From contig SMXQ01000037.1 in NCBI GenBank assembly GCA_004356985.1, positions 1 to 61,792 on the forward strand: a stretch of DNA of 61,792 nt, written 5' to 3'. Both the position numbers and the translations under genes were made by a program. This document shows, one piece after another, positions 45,720-55,043 of the stretch; position 1 is the first letter of the stretch, and each line of letters begins with the position of its first letter. This DNA comes from Alphaproteobacteria bacterium (GTDB taxonomy: Bacteria; Pseudomonadota; Alphaproteobacteria; SMXQ01). Below the pieces are notes generated by a model. That model did not search any database, was not told where the DNA came from, and worked only from the letters and a program-made list of their open reading frames with translations.

Positions 45720-46454
45720 ATGGACCCGATCCTTTCCGTCGTCGTCCCGGTCCGCAACGAATCGGAAAACGTCCTGCCCCTGGTGGAGGAAATCCACGCC
45801 GCGCTGGAAGGCGGCGCGGCGTTCGAGGTGGTCTACGTCGACGATGGTTCCATTGATGACACCGCCGCCAAGCTGGACCAGGCCCGGGCGCGGTTCCCGG
45901 CGCTCCGGGTGGTGACCCACATCTCCAGTTGCGGCCAGTCGGCGGCCCTCCGCAGCGGTGTCGATGCCGCCAAGGGGGCCTGGATCGTGACCCTGGACGG
46001 GGACGGGCAGAACGACCCCGCCGATATCCCGGCGCTGGTCGCGATCGCCCTCAAGGACGGCGCCGGGGGCGAGGGGGGGCTCCACCTGATCGCCGGTATT
46101 CGCCGCCACCGCCGGGATTCCTGGCTCAAGCGTGTTTCCTCCAGGGTCGCCAACGCGGTGCGCCAGGGCCTCCTCCACGACGGCGTCACCGATACCGGAT
46201 GCGGGCTCAAGGTGATCCGCCGGGACGCTTATCTGCGCCTGCCCTATTTCGATCACATGCACCGCTACCTGCCGGCGCTGGTGATCAGGGGCGGGGGCGC
46301 GATCCGTTGCGTCGACGTCAACCACCGGCCCCGGCGGAGCGGGGTGTCCAATTACGGGCTGTTCGACCGCCTGTGGGTGGGCATATCCGACCTGCTCGGC
46401 GTCGCCTGGTTGCTGCGGCGCGCCAAGCGCCCCGTGATCAAACCCGAGCCATGA
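45720..46454 (+). CDS. GT2 polyprenyl-phosphate glycosyltransferase (ArnC/DPM1-like)
   Basis: Contains LSVVVPVRNE, YVDDGSIDDT and TLDGDGQND, plus a C-terminal amphipathic/TM segment. Confidence 0.85.
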   Translation: MDPILSVVVPVRNESENVLPLVEEIHAALEGGAAFEVVYVDDGSIDDTAAKLDQARARFPALRVVTHISSCGQSAALRSGVDAAKGAWIVTLDGDGQNDPADIPALVAIALKDGAGGEGGLHLIAGIRRHRRDSWLKRVSSRVANAVRQGLLHDGVTDTGCGLKVIRRDAYLRLPYFDHMHRYLPALVIRGGGAIRCVDVNHRPRRSGVSNYGLFDRLWVGISDLLGVAWLLRRAKRPVIKPEP

Positions 46455-47176
46455 ACCGGGCCAAGCCCTACCTGCGCGGACTCGTCCTGATCGCCTTGCT
46501 CATGGGCTTGGGGTACGGGGTCAAGTCGACCGGTTTGTATGGGTTGCTGGATGAAACCTGGATCGACGAGCAGATCCGCGGCCAGGGGCTCATGGGGGAC
46601 CTCGTGTTCCTGGCCGCCGGCATGATGATGACGGCTTTCGGTTTCCCCCGCCAGGCGGTCAGTTTTCTGGGCGGTTACGGCTTCGGCTTCGGTGAGGGCG
46701 CCGCCCTGGCGCTGGGGGCCACGGTGCTGGGGTGCGTCCTTACCTTCTATTGTGCGCGATGGGTGGGCCGGGCCTACGTCCTCGGCCTGTTCGCCGAGCG
46801 CATCCGGCGGCTCGACTATTTTCTCCACGACCATCCGTTTTCCACGGCGCTGCTGCTGCGGCTGCTGCCGGCGGGTTCCAACCTGGTGACCAACCTGGCG
46901 GCGGGGGTGTCGGGGATCAGGGCGTTGCCGTTCATCGCCGGCAGCGGTCTCGGGTTCATTCCCCAAACGGTGATCTTCGCGCTGCTGGGCAGCGGCATCC
47001 ACCTTGATCCGGGTTTGCGGATTACCACGGGAATCGTCTTGTTCGTCCTCTCCGGCATGATCGGGCTCGCCCTGTTCCGGCGCTATCGCAAGAGCCTGGC
47101 GCTCGACCAGGAATCGGCGCAAGCGACCCCCGCGGGTCCGCAATCAGGGCCGGCCCCGGGCCCCGGGCCGTCATGA
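46451..47176 (+). CDS. TVP38/TMEM64 (DedA superfamily, SNARE-associated) membrane protein
   Basis: 241 aa multi-TM protein with ...[15 protein letters not shown]...[19 protein letters not shown].... ATGA overlaps at both ends. Confidence 0.75.
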   Translation: MNRAKPYLRGLVLIALLMGLGYGVKSTGLYGLLDETWIDEQIRGQGLMGDLVFLAAGMMMTAFGFPRQAVSFLGGYGFGFGEGAALALGATVLGCVLTFYCARWVGRAYVLGLFAERIRRLDYFLHDHPFSTALLLRLLPAGSNLVTNLAAGVSGIRALPFIAGSGLGFIPQTVIFALLGSGIHLDPGLRITTGIVLFVLSGMIGLALFRRYRKSLALDQESAQATPAGPQSGPAPGPGPS

Positions 47177-47889
47177 CGCGCCGCGCCGTGGTGCTGCTTT
47201 CGGGCGGGCTCGATTCCGCCACCGTCGCCGCCATGGTGCGCACCGAGGGCTTCGAGCTCAACGCGCTGACCTTCGATTACGGCCAGCGCCACGGCCTCGA
47301 GATCGCCGCCGCCCGGGAGGTGGCGGCGGCCCAGCGGGCGGCGCGTCACATTGTGGTTCCCATCGACCTTCGGGCCTTTGGCGGTTCCGCCCTGACCGAC
47401 GACATCCCGGTTCCCAAGGGGCGCTCGGAAGCCGATATGGCCCACGGCATCCCGGTCACCTACGTGCCCGCGCGCAACACCATATTCCTGTCCTTGGCGC
47501 TGGCCTGGGCCGAGGTGTTGGGCACCGGCGACATCTTCATCGGCGTCAATGCGCGCGATTATTCGGGCTATCCCGATTGCCGGGGCGAATACTTGTCGGC
47601 GTTCGAGGCCATGGCCAACCTGGCCACCCGGGGCGCCGTCGAGGGCAGCTTGCCGGTCAAGATCCACAGCCCCTTGGTCGACAAAACCAAGGCGGAAATC
47701 ATCGCCCTGGGCACCCGGCTGGGGGTGGATTATGGCCTGACCCGAAGCTGCTATGACCCCGATCCGGAGGGCCAGGCCTGCGGCGCCTGCGATTCCTGCG
47801 TGCTCCGCCTCAGGGGCTTCGCCGAGGCCGGGATTTCCGATCCCGCGCCGTACCAGTTGCGGACCGAAGACCATGGCTTACGCGGTTAA
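47173..47889 (+). CDS. queC: 7-cyano-7-deazaguanine synthase
   Basis: Contains [13 protein letters not shown], and the C-terminal Zn cysteines CGACDSC. Confidence 0.9.
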   Translation: MTRRAVVLLSGGLDSATVAAMVRTEGFELNALTFDYGQRHGLEIAAAREVAAAQRAARHIVVPIDLRAFGGSALTDDIPVPKGRSEADMAHGIPVTYVPARNTIFLSLALAWAEVLGTGDIFIGVNARDYSGYPDCRGEYLSAFEAMANLATRGAVEGSLPVKIHSPLVDKTKAEIIALGTRLGVDYGLTRSCYDPDPEGQACGACDSCVLRLRGFAEAGISDPAPYQLRTEDHGLRG

Positions 47890-48514
47890 GGAGCTTTACG
47901 TCACCCTCCAGGGGGAAGGGGCGAACACCGGCCGGGCGGCGGTCTTCTGCCGGTTCGCCGGGTGCAACTTGTGGTCCGGACGTGAAGCCGACCGCGCGAC
48001 GGCCCAGTGCGGCTTCTGCGACACCGAATTCATCGGTACCGACGGCCCCGGCGGCGGCGCCTTCCAAAGCGCCGCCGCCCTGGCGGCGGCGGCCCGGGAA
48101 TTGTGGACGGCCGACGGCGAATCCGCGGGCGCGCCGTTCATCGTGTGCACCGGCGGCGAGCCCTTGTTGCAGCTCGACCGGGCGCTTATCGACGCCTTCC
48201 ATGGCGCCGGCTTCACCATCGCGGTGGAAACCAACGGCACCCTGGCGCCGCCGCCGGGCCTCGACTGGATCTGCGTCAGCCCCAAGGCGGGCACCACCCT
48301 TGTGCTGCGGGCGGGGGATGAGCTGAAACTGGTCTATCCCCAGGCCGGCGCGCCGCCCGAAACCTTCGCCGGGCTCGATTTCGATCATTTCTTCCTGCAG
48401 CCCATGGACGGCCCGGAGCGCGAGAGCAATACCCAGAAGGCCATCGATTATTGCCTCGCCCATCCCGGCTGGCGGCTCAGCCTGCAGACCCACAAGTATC
48501 TCGGCCTGCCCTGA
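47873..48514 (+). CDS. queE: 7-carboxy-7-deazaguanine synthase (radical SAM, CX14CX2C type)
   Basis: Begins [16 protein letters not shown]. The cluster motif [19 protein letters not shown] has a spacing of 14 counted by hand. Confidence 0.9.
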   Translation: MAYAVKELYVTLQGEGANTGRAAVFCRFAGCNLWSGREADRATAQCGFCDTEFIGTDGPGGGAFQSAAALAAAARELWTADGESAGAPFIVCTGGEPLLQLDRALIDAFHGAGFTIAVETNGTLAPPPGLDWICVSPKAGTTLVLRAGDELKLVYPQAGAPPETFAGLDFDHFFLQPMDGPERESNTQKAIDYCLAHPGWRLSLQTHKYLGLP

Positions 48515-48585
48515 TGCGCGCTGGGGAACAATGCAGTCCTTCGACCGGGGTGGGTCCTGGCCGTCGCGGCGACGAAAGGTGAGAG

Positions 48586-48948
48586 ATGGAAATTTTCAAG
48601 CGCTTTACCTTCGAGGCCGCCCACCGCCTTCCCAATCTTCCCGAAGGCCATAAATGCCGGCGTCTCCACGGCCATTCCTTCGCCGTCGAATTGCACCTCG
48701 CCGGGCCCCTGGTGGCGCCCGAGGATTGGGTGATGGATTTCGCCGAGCTGACCCAGGCTTTCAAGCCGCTCAGGGCGCGGCTGGATCACTCTTATCTGAA
48801 TGAGATCGAGGGCTTGGAAAACCCCACCAGCGAGGTCATCGCACGGTGGATCTGGGACCGCCTGAAACCCGCCCTGCCGCAACTCTCCAAGGTGGTGCTG
48901 TTCGAGACCTGCACCGCCGGGTGCATCTATCGGGGCGAGGATTGCTGA
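48586..48948 (+). CDS. queD: 6-carboxy-5,6,7,8-tetrahydropterin synthase
   Basis: 120 aa with FEAAHRLP...CRRLHGHSF. Confidence 0.9.
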   Translation: MEIFKRFTFEAAHRLPNLPEGHKCRRLHGHSFAVELHLAGPLVAPEDWVMDFAELTQAFKPLRARLDHSYLNEIEGLENPTSEVIARWIWDRLKPALPQLSKVVLFETCTAGCIYRGEDC

Positions 48949-48997
48949 AGGCCGCGCCCAAGCCGGGAAACCGCAAATCCTAGATTTGGCTGGGGCA

Positions 48998-49318
48998 CTA
49001 GCCGCGCCTGCGCTCGACGGCCTCCGCCGCGCCCGGCTGCGCCGGCCCCCCTGCGCCCACCACCCGCGGCGGCGGCGCAACGCCGTTGAGCCGGTCCAGG
49101 GCATAGAGAAGCACCGCAAAAAACGTGTAGAAAAAGAACAAAAAATTGACGAAGGGGATAATCGCCAGAATTGCCCAGAGCCACCTGTTTCAGCCCATGC
49201 GGCCAGCCAACAACCAGAAGCCCACGGCGAACATCAAGCCCATTATCAGGAGCATCGTTCCGTAGGCAGTCAAGGCGACCCATACGATTTCCATGGGGAA
49301 TTCCGGGGATTGATTCAT
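48998..49318 (-). other. Small membrane ORF(s): 42-aa one-TM ORF, in-frame TGA, then a 63-codon continuation with a second TM helix
   Basis: MNQSPEFPMEIVWVALTAYGTMLLIMGLMFAVGFWLLAGRMG-TGA(49190-49192)-NRWLWAILAIIPFVNFLFFFYTFFAVLLYALDRLNG... runs to the TAG at 48998. A GGGAGAG SD lies upstream. The segment has lower GC than its surroundings. Confidence 0.35.
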
Positions 49319-49379
49319 CATTCTCTCCCAATTCCGTTGATCGATTTGGCGGTAATTTTTCCGCCTTATGCAGATTGAT

Positions 49380-49862
49380 TTATTGACCGCGCCCGCCAGA
49401 GGGGGCGACGCCTGGGTCGGGCACGTGGACGCCCTCGGGCGGCGGGCCCGACTGGTAGAAGACATCGATGGGGATGCCGCCCCGGGGGTTCCAGAAACCC
49501 GAGATACGCAGCCACTTGGGCGCCATGGCGGCCGTCAGCCGGGTGGCGATGGTCAGCGTCGTCGCCTCGTGGAAGGCGCCGGTATTGCGCCACGACGCCA
49601 TGAACAATTTCAGCGACTTGCTTTCGATGCACGCCTTATGGGGCACGTAATCGATGACGAAATGGGCGAAGTCGGGCTGGCCGGTGATGGGGCAGAGGCA
49701 GGTGAATTCCGGGCAGGCGAGGCGCACCAGGTAATCCAGGCCCTCATTGGGGTTGGCGAAGGTCTCCAGCACCGCGTCTTCCGGGCTGGCCGGGATGGCG
49801 GTGGGGCGGCCAAGCTGGGTGAGGCCCTGGTTCTCGGTGTTGCTGTCCTTGGTATCGGTCAT
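49380..49862 (-). CDS. queF: NADPH-dependent 7-cyano-7-deazaguanine reductase (type I)
   Basis: Catalytic CPITGQPD and the QueF motif ESKSLKLF. Confidence 0.9.
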   Translation of the reverse strand: MTDTKDSNTENQGLTQLGRPTAIPASPEDAVLETFANPNEGLDYLVRLACPEFTCLCPITGQPDFAHFVIDYVPHKACIESKSLKLFMASWRNTGAFHEATTLTIATRLTAAMAPKWLRISGFWNPRGGIPIDVFYQSGPPPEGVHVPDPGVAPSGGRGQ

Positions 49863-49990
49863 GGCGCGATCTTAGGGCGCGGACCGGGGGCGGTCAAAGG
49901 GCCCCTGCGCCCCGCGCGGGCCGCCGCCTTGAACCCAGGACCGGCCCCCGATCTCCATGGGCCCCGGTTCTCGGGCCGGTGTCGCGCGCC

Positions 49991-51124
49991 TCAAATCGGC
50001 GCAATGTCTCCCAGGGCGAGGCTGGCGCGCCAGTCCTCGGCCACGGCGGCGAAGGCATCGGCCTCGATGGCCGCCCTCAGCGCCGCCATGAGGTCCTGGT
50101 AGAAATGCACGTTATGGGCGCTCAGAAGCATGGGGCCCAGCATCTCGTTATTGCGGAACAGGTGGTGGATATAGGCCCGGCTATAGCCGCCACAGGCGGG
50201 GCACGCGCAAGCGCCGTCGAGCGGCCTCGGGTCGCGGGCGTGGCGGGCGTTGCGGATGTTGATCTCGCCCCGGCGGGTGAAGCCCTTGCCGGTGCGCCCC
50301 GAGCGCGTCGGCAGCACGCAATCGAACATGTCGGCCCCCAGCGCCACCGCGCCGATCAGGTCCATGGGCGTGCCCGAGCCCATGAGGTAGCGCGGCGCGC
50401 CGTCGGGCAGGTGGGCCAATGTGGCGGCCAGGGTCGCCAGCATCACGTCTGGGCCCTCGCCGATCGCCAGGCCGCCGATGGCATAACCGTCGAAACCCAG
50501 TGCCCCCAACGCCTTGGCCGATTCCTCGCGCAGGCCCGCATACACGCTGCCCTGGCAGATGCCGAACAAGGCGTATCCCGGCCGGGCGACAAAGGCGTCC
50601 TTGGACCGCGCCGCCCAGGCCATGGAAAGCCGCATGGAATCCGCCGCCTCTTGCTCGGTGGCCGGATATGCGGTGCATTCGTCGAGCACCATGGTGATAT
50701 CGGCATCCAGCTGGCGCTGGATTTCGACCGCGCGCTGGGGCGTGAGATCGACCATGGCGCCGTCGATGTGCGAGCGGAAGGTGACGCCGGTTGGGGTGAT
50801 CTTGCGCAGCTTCGACAGGCTCATCACCTGGAAACCGCCGGAATCGGTCAGGATCGGCCCCGGCCAGTTCATGAAACGGTGCAGCCCGCCCAGTTCCTCG
50901 ATCACCTCGGCGCCGGGCCGCAGCATCAGGTGATAGGTGTTGGCGAGGATCATTTCCGCGCCCGCCGCGCGCAGGTCCTCGGGCCGGAGCGCCTTGACCG
51001 TGGCGGAAGTGCCCACAGGCATGAAGGCGGGCGTCTCCACCGTGCCGTGGGCGCAGGTGATTTGCCCGCGCCGGGCCGCGCCCGAAGCGGACAGGAGATC
51101 GAACGCGAAGGCGCGCGCGCTCAT
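49991..51124 (-). CDS. tgt: tRNA-guanine(34) transglycosylase
   Basis: 377 aa with [15 protein letters not shown], and the Zn motif CACPACGG...HHL. Confidence 0.9.
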   Translation of the reverse strand: MSARAFAFDLLSASGAARRGQITCAHGTVETPAFMPVGTSATVKALRPEDLRAAGAEMILANTYHLMLRPGAEVIEELGGLHRFMNWPGPILTDSGGFQVMSLSKLRKITPTGVTFRSHIDGAMVDLTPQRAVEIQRQLDADITMVLDECTAYPATEQEAADSMRLSMAWAARSKDAFVARPGYALFGICQGSVYAGLREESAKALGALGFDGYAIGGLAIGEGPDVMLATLAATLAHLPDGAPRYLMGSGTPMDLIGAVALGADMFDCVLPTRSGRTGKGFTRRGEINIRNARHARDPRPLDGACACPACGGYSRAYIHHLFRNNEMLGPMLLSAHNVHFYQDLMAALRAAIEADAFAAVAEDWRASLALGDIAPI

Positions 51125-52176
51125 GGCCGGTCCCCCAGGCGCGCGCCGGGGGCGGGATGGATGAGGCAGGCGTCGCCATAGGAATAGAAGCGGTAAGCCT
51201 CGGCCATGGCGTGGGCGTAGGCGGCCTTCATGACCTTTAGCCCGGCCCAGGCCGAGACCAGCATGAACAGGGTGGAGCGCGGCAGGTGGAAATTGGTGAG
51301 CAAAAGGTCGATGGCGCGAAATTCATAACCCGGCGCGATGAAGATATCGGTGTCGCCCGCGAACGCCTTAAGCCGGCCGGCCTCGTCGGCCGCGCTCTCC
51401 AACAGCCGGGCCACGGTGGTGCCCACTGCCACCACGCGCCCGCCCTTGGCCCGCGCGGCGTTGATCACGGCCGCCGTGGCCTCGTCCAGGTTGCCCCATT
51501 CTGCGTGCATGGGGTGGGCCTCGACGTCGTCCACCTTGACCGGGAGAAAGGTGCCGGCGCCGACGTGAAGGGTCAGGGTGGCGCGCCCGATCCCCCGCGC
51601 CGCCAGCGCGGCCAAGAGCGGCTCGGTGAAGTGAAACCCGGCGGTGGGCGCGGCGATGGCGCCCGGCTTGGCGGCGAAGATGGTCTGGTAATCGGCGCGG
51701 TCACGCGCATCGGGGCCGGCGGCGCGCGGGATATAGGGGGGCAGGGGGGCACGCCCGAGCCGTTCCAGCGCCGCCAGCACCTGGTCTTGGGGCAGGGCGA
51801 AATCGAGGGTCACCTCGCCGCCCTCGCCCTTGTCCTCCACGGCCGCCGCCACGCCCTGGCCGAAGGTAATGCTATCGCCCACCCTGAGCTTGCGCGCGCC
51901 CTTGGCGAAGGCGTGCCAGCGCCCTTCGCCCAATGGTTTGTGCAGGGTGATCTCCACCTTGGCGGCGCCGCGGCGGCCATGAAGCCTGGCCGGGATCACC
52001 AAGGTGTCGTTGACCACCAGGATGTCGCCGGGGCGGAGCAGCCCGGGCAGGTCCGAAATACCGCGATCCGCCAACCCGGCGCCGATGACCAGAAGCCTGG
52101 CTGCGTCGCGCGGCTCCATGGGCCGGGCGGCGATGAGCGCGCGGGGCAGGTCGAAATCGAAATCGGCGACCTTCAT
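51121..52176 (-). CDS. queA: S-adenosylmethionine:tRNA ribosyltransferase-isomerase
   Basis: Begins [19 protein letters not shown], with ...[11 protein letters not shown]... later. ATGA overlap with tgt. Confidence 0.9.
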   Translation of the reverse strand: MKVADFDFDLPRALIAARPMEPRDAARLLVIGAGLADRGISDLPGLLRPGDILVVNDTLVIPARLHGRRGAAKVEITLHKPLGEGRWHAFAKGARKLRVGDSITFGQGVAAAVEDKGEGGEVTLDFALPQDQVLAALERLGRAPLPPYIPRAAGPDARDRADYQTIFAAKPGAIAAPTAGFHFTEPLLAALAARGIGRATLTLHVGAGTFLPVKVDDVEAHPMHAEWGNLDEATAAVINAARAKGGRVVAVGTTVARLLESAADEAGRLKAFAGDTDIFIAPGYEFRAIDLLLTNFHLPRSTLFMLVSAWAGLKVMKAAYAHAMAEAYRFYSYGDACLIHPAPGARLGDRP

Positions 52177-53360
52177 CAGGCGTGGGTCGCCAACCGGATC
52201 GCCGCCGGCGCCGGGTCATGGGGGCCGGCGCAAGGCCACGCGCGGTCCCATTCGGCCAGGACGTCGGGATCGCTCTCTCGGGCCCGGTGGCGCGCCTTCA
52301 AGGCCTTGAAGGCGGCCCGGTCCAGCAACCGGCCGAGCGCCCAAACCGCCATCCCCCGGACCAGGGGCGAGGCGTCGGCAAGCAGATCGCGGGCGCTCGG
52401 CACCAGGTCGGCGGTGTCCGAATTGCCGATGGCGATGAGCACGTTGCGCACGAAACGGTCGCGGCCGATGCGTTTGATGGGCGAGGTGGAAAACACCTGG
52501 CGGAAACTCGAATCGTCCAACGCCGCCAGGTCGGCCAGCTTGGGTGCGGTCAACTCGGCGCGCGGCAGGAAGGCGGGCTCTGTGCTCAACTGCGCGTATT
52601 TGTTCCAGGGACACACCGCGAGGCAGTCATCGCAGCCGTAGATGCGGTTGCCCATGGGGACGCGGAATTCCTCGGCGATGGGTCCCTTGTGTTCGATGGT
52701 GAGATACGAAATGCAGCGCCTTGCATCGATCTTGCCGGGCCCGGGAAAGGCATCGGTGGGGCAGATGTCGAGGCAGTCCCGGCAGCTCCCGCAGTGATCG
52801 AGCTCGGGCGCATCGGCGGGCAGGTCGAGGGTGGTGTAAATCTCGCCCAGGAACAGCCAGGAGCCGAATTCGCGGGACACCAGGTTGGTGTGCTTTCCCT
52901 GCCAGCCGATGCCGGCCGCCTGGGCCAGGGGCTTTTCCATCACCGGCGCGGTGTCGACGAAGACCTTGACCTCGGCCCCCCAGGTCTCGTTGATCCACCG
53001 GGCCAGAACCTTGAGCCTTGATTTGACCACCAGGTGGTAATCCCGCCCCCGGGCGTAAGCGGCTATGGTGCCGAACTCGCGTTTGTCCAGAAGCGCCCGG
53101 GGATCGCCGCCGGGCCCGTAATTCTGCGCCACCACGATGACCGACCGCGCGTCCGCCCAGAGCCCCTTGGGATCGGACCGGGCTTCGGTGCGCCGCGCCA
53201 TCCAATCCATGTCGCCGTGATGCCCCGCAGTGATAAAGCCGTCGAGCCCGTCGGCGGCGCCCGCCGGTGGACTGGCGGCGGCGAATCCAGCGCCGTCGAA
53301 GCCCAGCGCGCGCGCCTTGGCACGGATCAGGTCCTTGATGGCGGCGGAATTGCTGGCCAT
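52176..53360 (-). CDS. queG: Epoxyqueuosine reductase
   Basis: 4Fe-4S motifs [12 protein letters not shown] and [11 protein letters not shown], plus a C-terminal HEAT-like region. Alternative start at 53378 inside the tandem repeat. 1-nt stop/start overlap with queA. Confidence 0.85.
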   Translation of the reverse strand: MASNSAAIKDLIRAKARALGFDGAGFAAASPPAGAADGLDGFITAGHHGDMDWMARRTEARSDPKGLWADARSVIVVAQNYGPGGDPRALLDKREFGTIAAYARGRDYHLVVKSRLKVLARWINETWGAEVKVFVDTAPVMEKPLAQAAGIGWQGKHTNLVSREFGSWLFLGEIYTTLDLPADAPELDHCGSCRDCLDICPTDAFPGPGKIDARRCISYLTIEHKGPIAEEFRVPMGNRIYGCDDCLAVCPWNKYAQLSTEPAFLPRAELTAPKLADLAALDDSSFRQVFSTSPIKRIGRDRFVRNVLIAIGNSDTADLVPSARDLLADASPLVRGMAVWALGRLLDRAAFKALKARHRARESDPDVLAEWDRAWPCAGPHDPAPAAIRLATHA

Positions 53361-53366
53361 GTCGCG

Positions 53367-53420
53367 GTTTCCAGCCATCTCCCAGTTTCCAGCTATGTCC
53401 CAGTTTCCAGACGCTCCCCG
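53367..53420. repeat. Three tandem 18-bp units at the queG 5' end
   Basis: The units are GTTTCCAGCCATCTCCCA, GTTTCCAGCTATGTCCCA and GTTTCCAGACGCTCCCCG. Units 1 and 2 are 16/18 identical. Read in the queG sense, the units are in-frame hexacodon copies starting ATG/ATA-GCT-GGA-AAC. Confidence 0.75.
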
Positions 53421-53630
53421 GCGGCCGGGGAAAGCCCGAGCTTATCGCCTCCTTACCTCCGCGCCTAGATCGGCGTGGCGCTGGGGCACATCCGGTAAAT
53501 CGGTTCGATTCGGCCGGAGGCGCACCAAGGGGCAGAACAGTTGGATTTCTAATGGTTTGCCCTTAGAATGATTCGCAAGCTAATGATCTGCCCCATCGGC
53601 GGCAAGGATCAACCGAGGGAAGTCTCCGTG

Positions 53631-54137
53631 ATGAGTGATTCGAAGGAGCTTGTGCCCGAGGCGTTGGCGGCGGCGGAGGCCGCCGCCCGGGGTGAGGACG
53701 TTCATTTCGACTCCGAAACCAGTGTCGGCTACCTGCTGCGCGACACCTACAGGGCGTTTACCAAGATCCTCCAGGCGCGGATTTCCGCCCATGGGGTGAC
53801 CATCGGCCAGTGGTATTTCCTCCGTGTCCTGTGGGACGAGGACGGTTTGACCCAACGCGAGCTGTCGCTCCGGGTGGGCATGATGGAGCCGACCACGGTC
53901 ACCGCGCTGAACGGCATGGAAAAGCGGGGCTACGTCAGGCGGGTGCGCAACACCGAGGACAAACGCAAGGTCAACATCTATCTGACCGAGACCGGCCAGG
54001 CGCTGAGGAACGTGCTGCTGCCCCAGGCCATCGACGTGAACATCCGTTCGGTCGCCGGTGTGTCCCCCGATGACGTCGAGACGGTGCGCCGCACGCTGCA
54101 TGCCATGAAGCAAAATTTGGACGCGCTGGCGGTCTGA
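53631..54137 (+). CDS. MarR family transcriptional regulator
   Basis: Winged-helix pattern GVTIGQWYFLRVLWDEDGLTQRELSLRVGMMEPTTVTALNGMEKRGYVRRVRNTEDKRKVNIYLT. Confidence 0.85.
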   Translation: MSDSKELVPEALAAAEAAARGEDVHFDSETSVGYLLRDTYRAFTKILQARISAHGVTIGQWYFLRVLWDEDGLTQRELSLRVGMMEPTTVTALNGMEKRGYVRRVRNTEDKRKVNIYLTETGQALRNVLLPQAIDVNIRSVAGVSPDDVETVRRTLHAMKQNLDALAV

Positions 54138-54177
54138 CCACTGCCCCCCGCCGGTGCCCGATGACAGGGAGAACGCC

Positions 54178-54969
54178 ATGCCCACCACCCAAGCGGGATC
54201 CAATCTCGACTCATCGATCACCGGTCTCCGGGTGCAGATCGCGGCGCTGACGCGGCTTTTGCACAAGGAAGGCATCCTCACCTATTCCGGCCACGCCAGC
54301 GTGCGCCTGCCCGGCCGCGACGCCTTTTTGATCCAAGCCATCAGTGAGAGCCGCGCCAGCATCGAACCGGGGGGCTTCCTGGTCTGTGATTTCGACTGCA
54401 ACGTGATCGAGGGCCCGACCGGGGACCGGCCGCCCATCGAGGTATTCATCCATTCGGAAATCCTGCGCGCCCGGCCGGACATAGACGCGGTGGTGCATAC
54501 CCATTCCGAACTCGCCGCCATGTTCACCATGATCGAGGGCATCGAGCTCGCCCTGATGAAGAGCCATGCCCACCGCTGGGCCTCGGGGGTGCCGACCCAC
54601 CCGGACCCGAGCCACATCAAGACCGCCGATCAGGGGAAGCAGTTGGCGGCGTCCTTGGGCCCCCATAACGGGGCGCTGATGCGCGCCCATGGCGGCGTGC
54701 TGGTGGCGGAAAGCCTGCCGGCGCTGCTGGTCGACGCGGTTCATTTCGAGGAGAACGCCAAGGCCCATTACCAGGCCGCCACATTGGGCAAGATCAAGCC
54801 CCTGACCCGGGCGGAATTGGATCTGATCTCGGCCATCGACAACAACCGCGAACAGCACTGCTACAAGCTGTGGCGCCACTATGTGGGCATGGGGCTCGAT
54901 GACGGCACCCTGCCCCGGGACTGGAACGAAAACCTGTGGGGCAGCGTCAACCCCGACGCCCAGCCCTGA
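54178..54969 (+). CDS. Class II aldolase/adducin family protein
   Basis: Start MPTTQ follows a GGGAGA SD. Contains SGHASVRLPG... and VVHTHSELAAMF. Confidence 0.8.
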   Translation: MPTTQAGSNLDSSITGLRVQIAALTRLLHKEGILTYSGHASVRLPGRDAFLIQAISESRASIEPGGFLVCDFDCNVIEGPTGDRPPIEVFIHSEILRARPDIDAVVHTHSELAAMFTMIEGIELALMKSHAHRWASGVPTHPDPSHIKTADQGKQLAASLGPHNGALMRAHGGVLVAESLPALLVDAVHFEENAKAHYQAATLGKIKPLTRAELDLISAIDNNREQHCYKLWRHYVGMGLDDGTLPRDWNENLWGSVNPDAQP

Positions 54970-55043
54970 GCCACCGCCCCCTGATTCACCCAACCCATAG
55001 GGCCCGGGCGCGATTGTCATAAAGCAATGGGGGAGCATCGACC

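Noticed and set aside
45585-46325. N-terminal 246-aa extension of the 804-aa ArnT-like ORF
   Set aside because: The extension lies antisense to the GT2 gene (45720..46454), which has canonical DDGSxD/DGD motifs. The ArnT-like membrane domain begins cleanly at MTFDSLTIGP (45584).
49863-49990. preQ1 riboswitch upstream of queF; leaders of queD (48515-48585) and queC also checked
   Set aside because: There is no P1 hairpin followed by an A-rich tail with a CUA pseudoknot partner. These leaders are GC-rich and lack the A-tract. queC has no leader at all, since it overlaps the TVP38 gene.
53502-53511. GGTTCGATTC match to the T-arm of tRNA-Gly, considered as a possible att site remnant
   Set aside because: Only 10 nt match. 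No integrase or other mobile genes lie between the tRNA (35.5 kb) and this site, and the region holds housekeeping queuosine genes.
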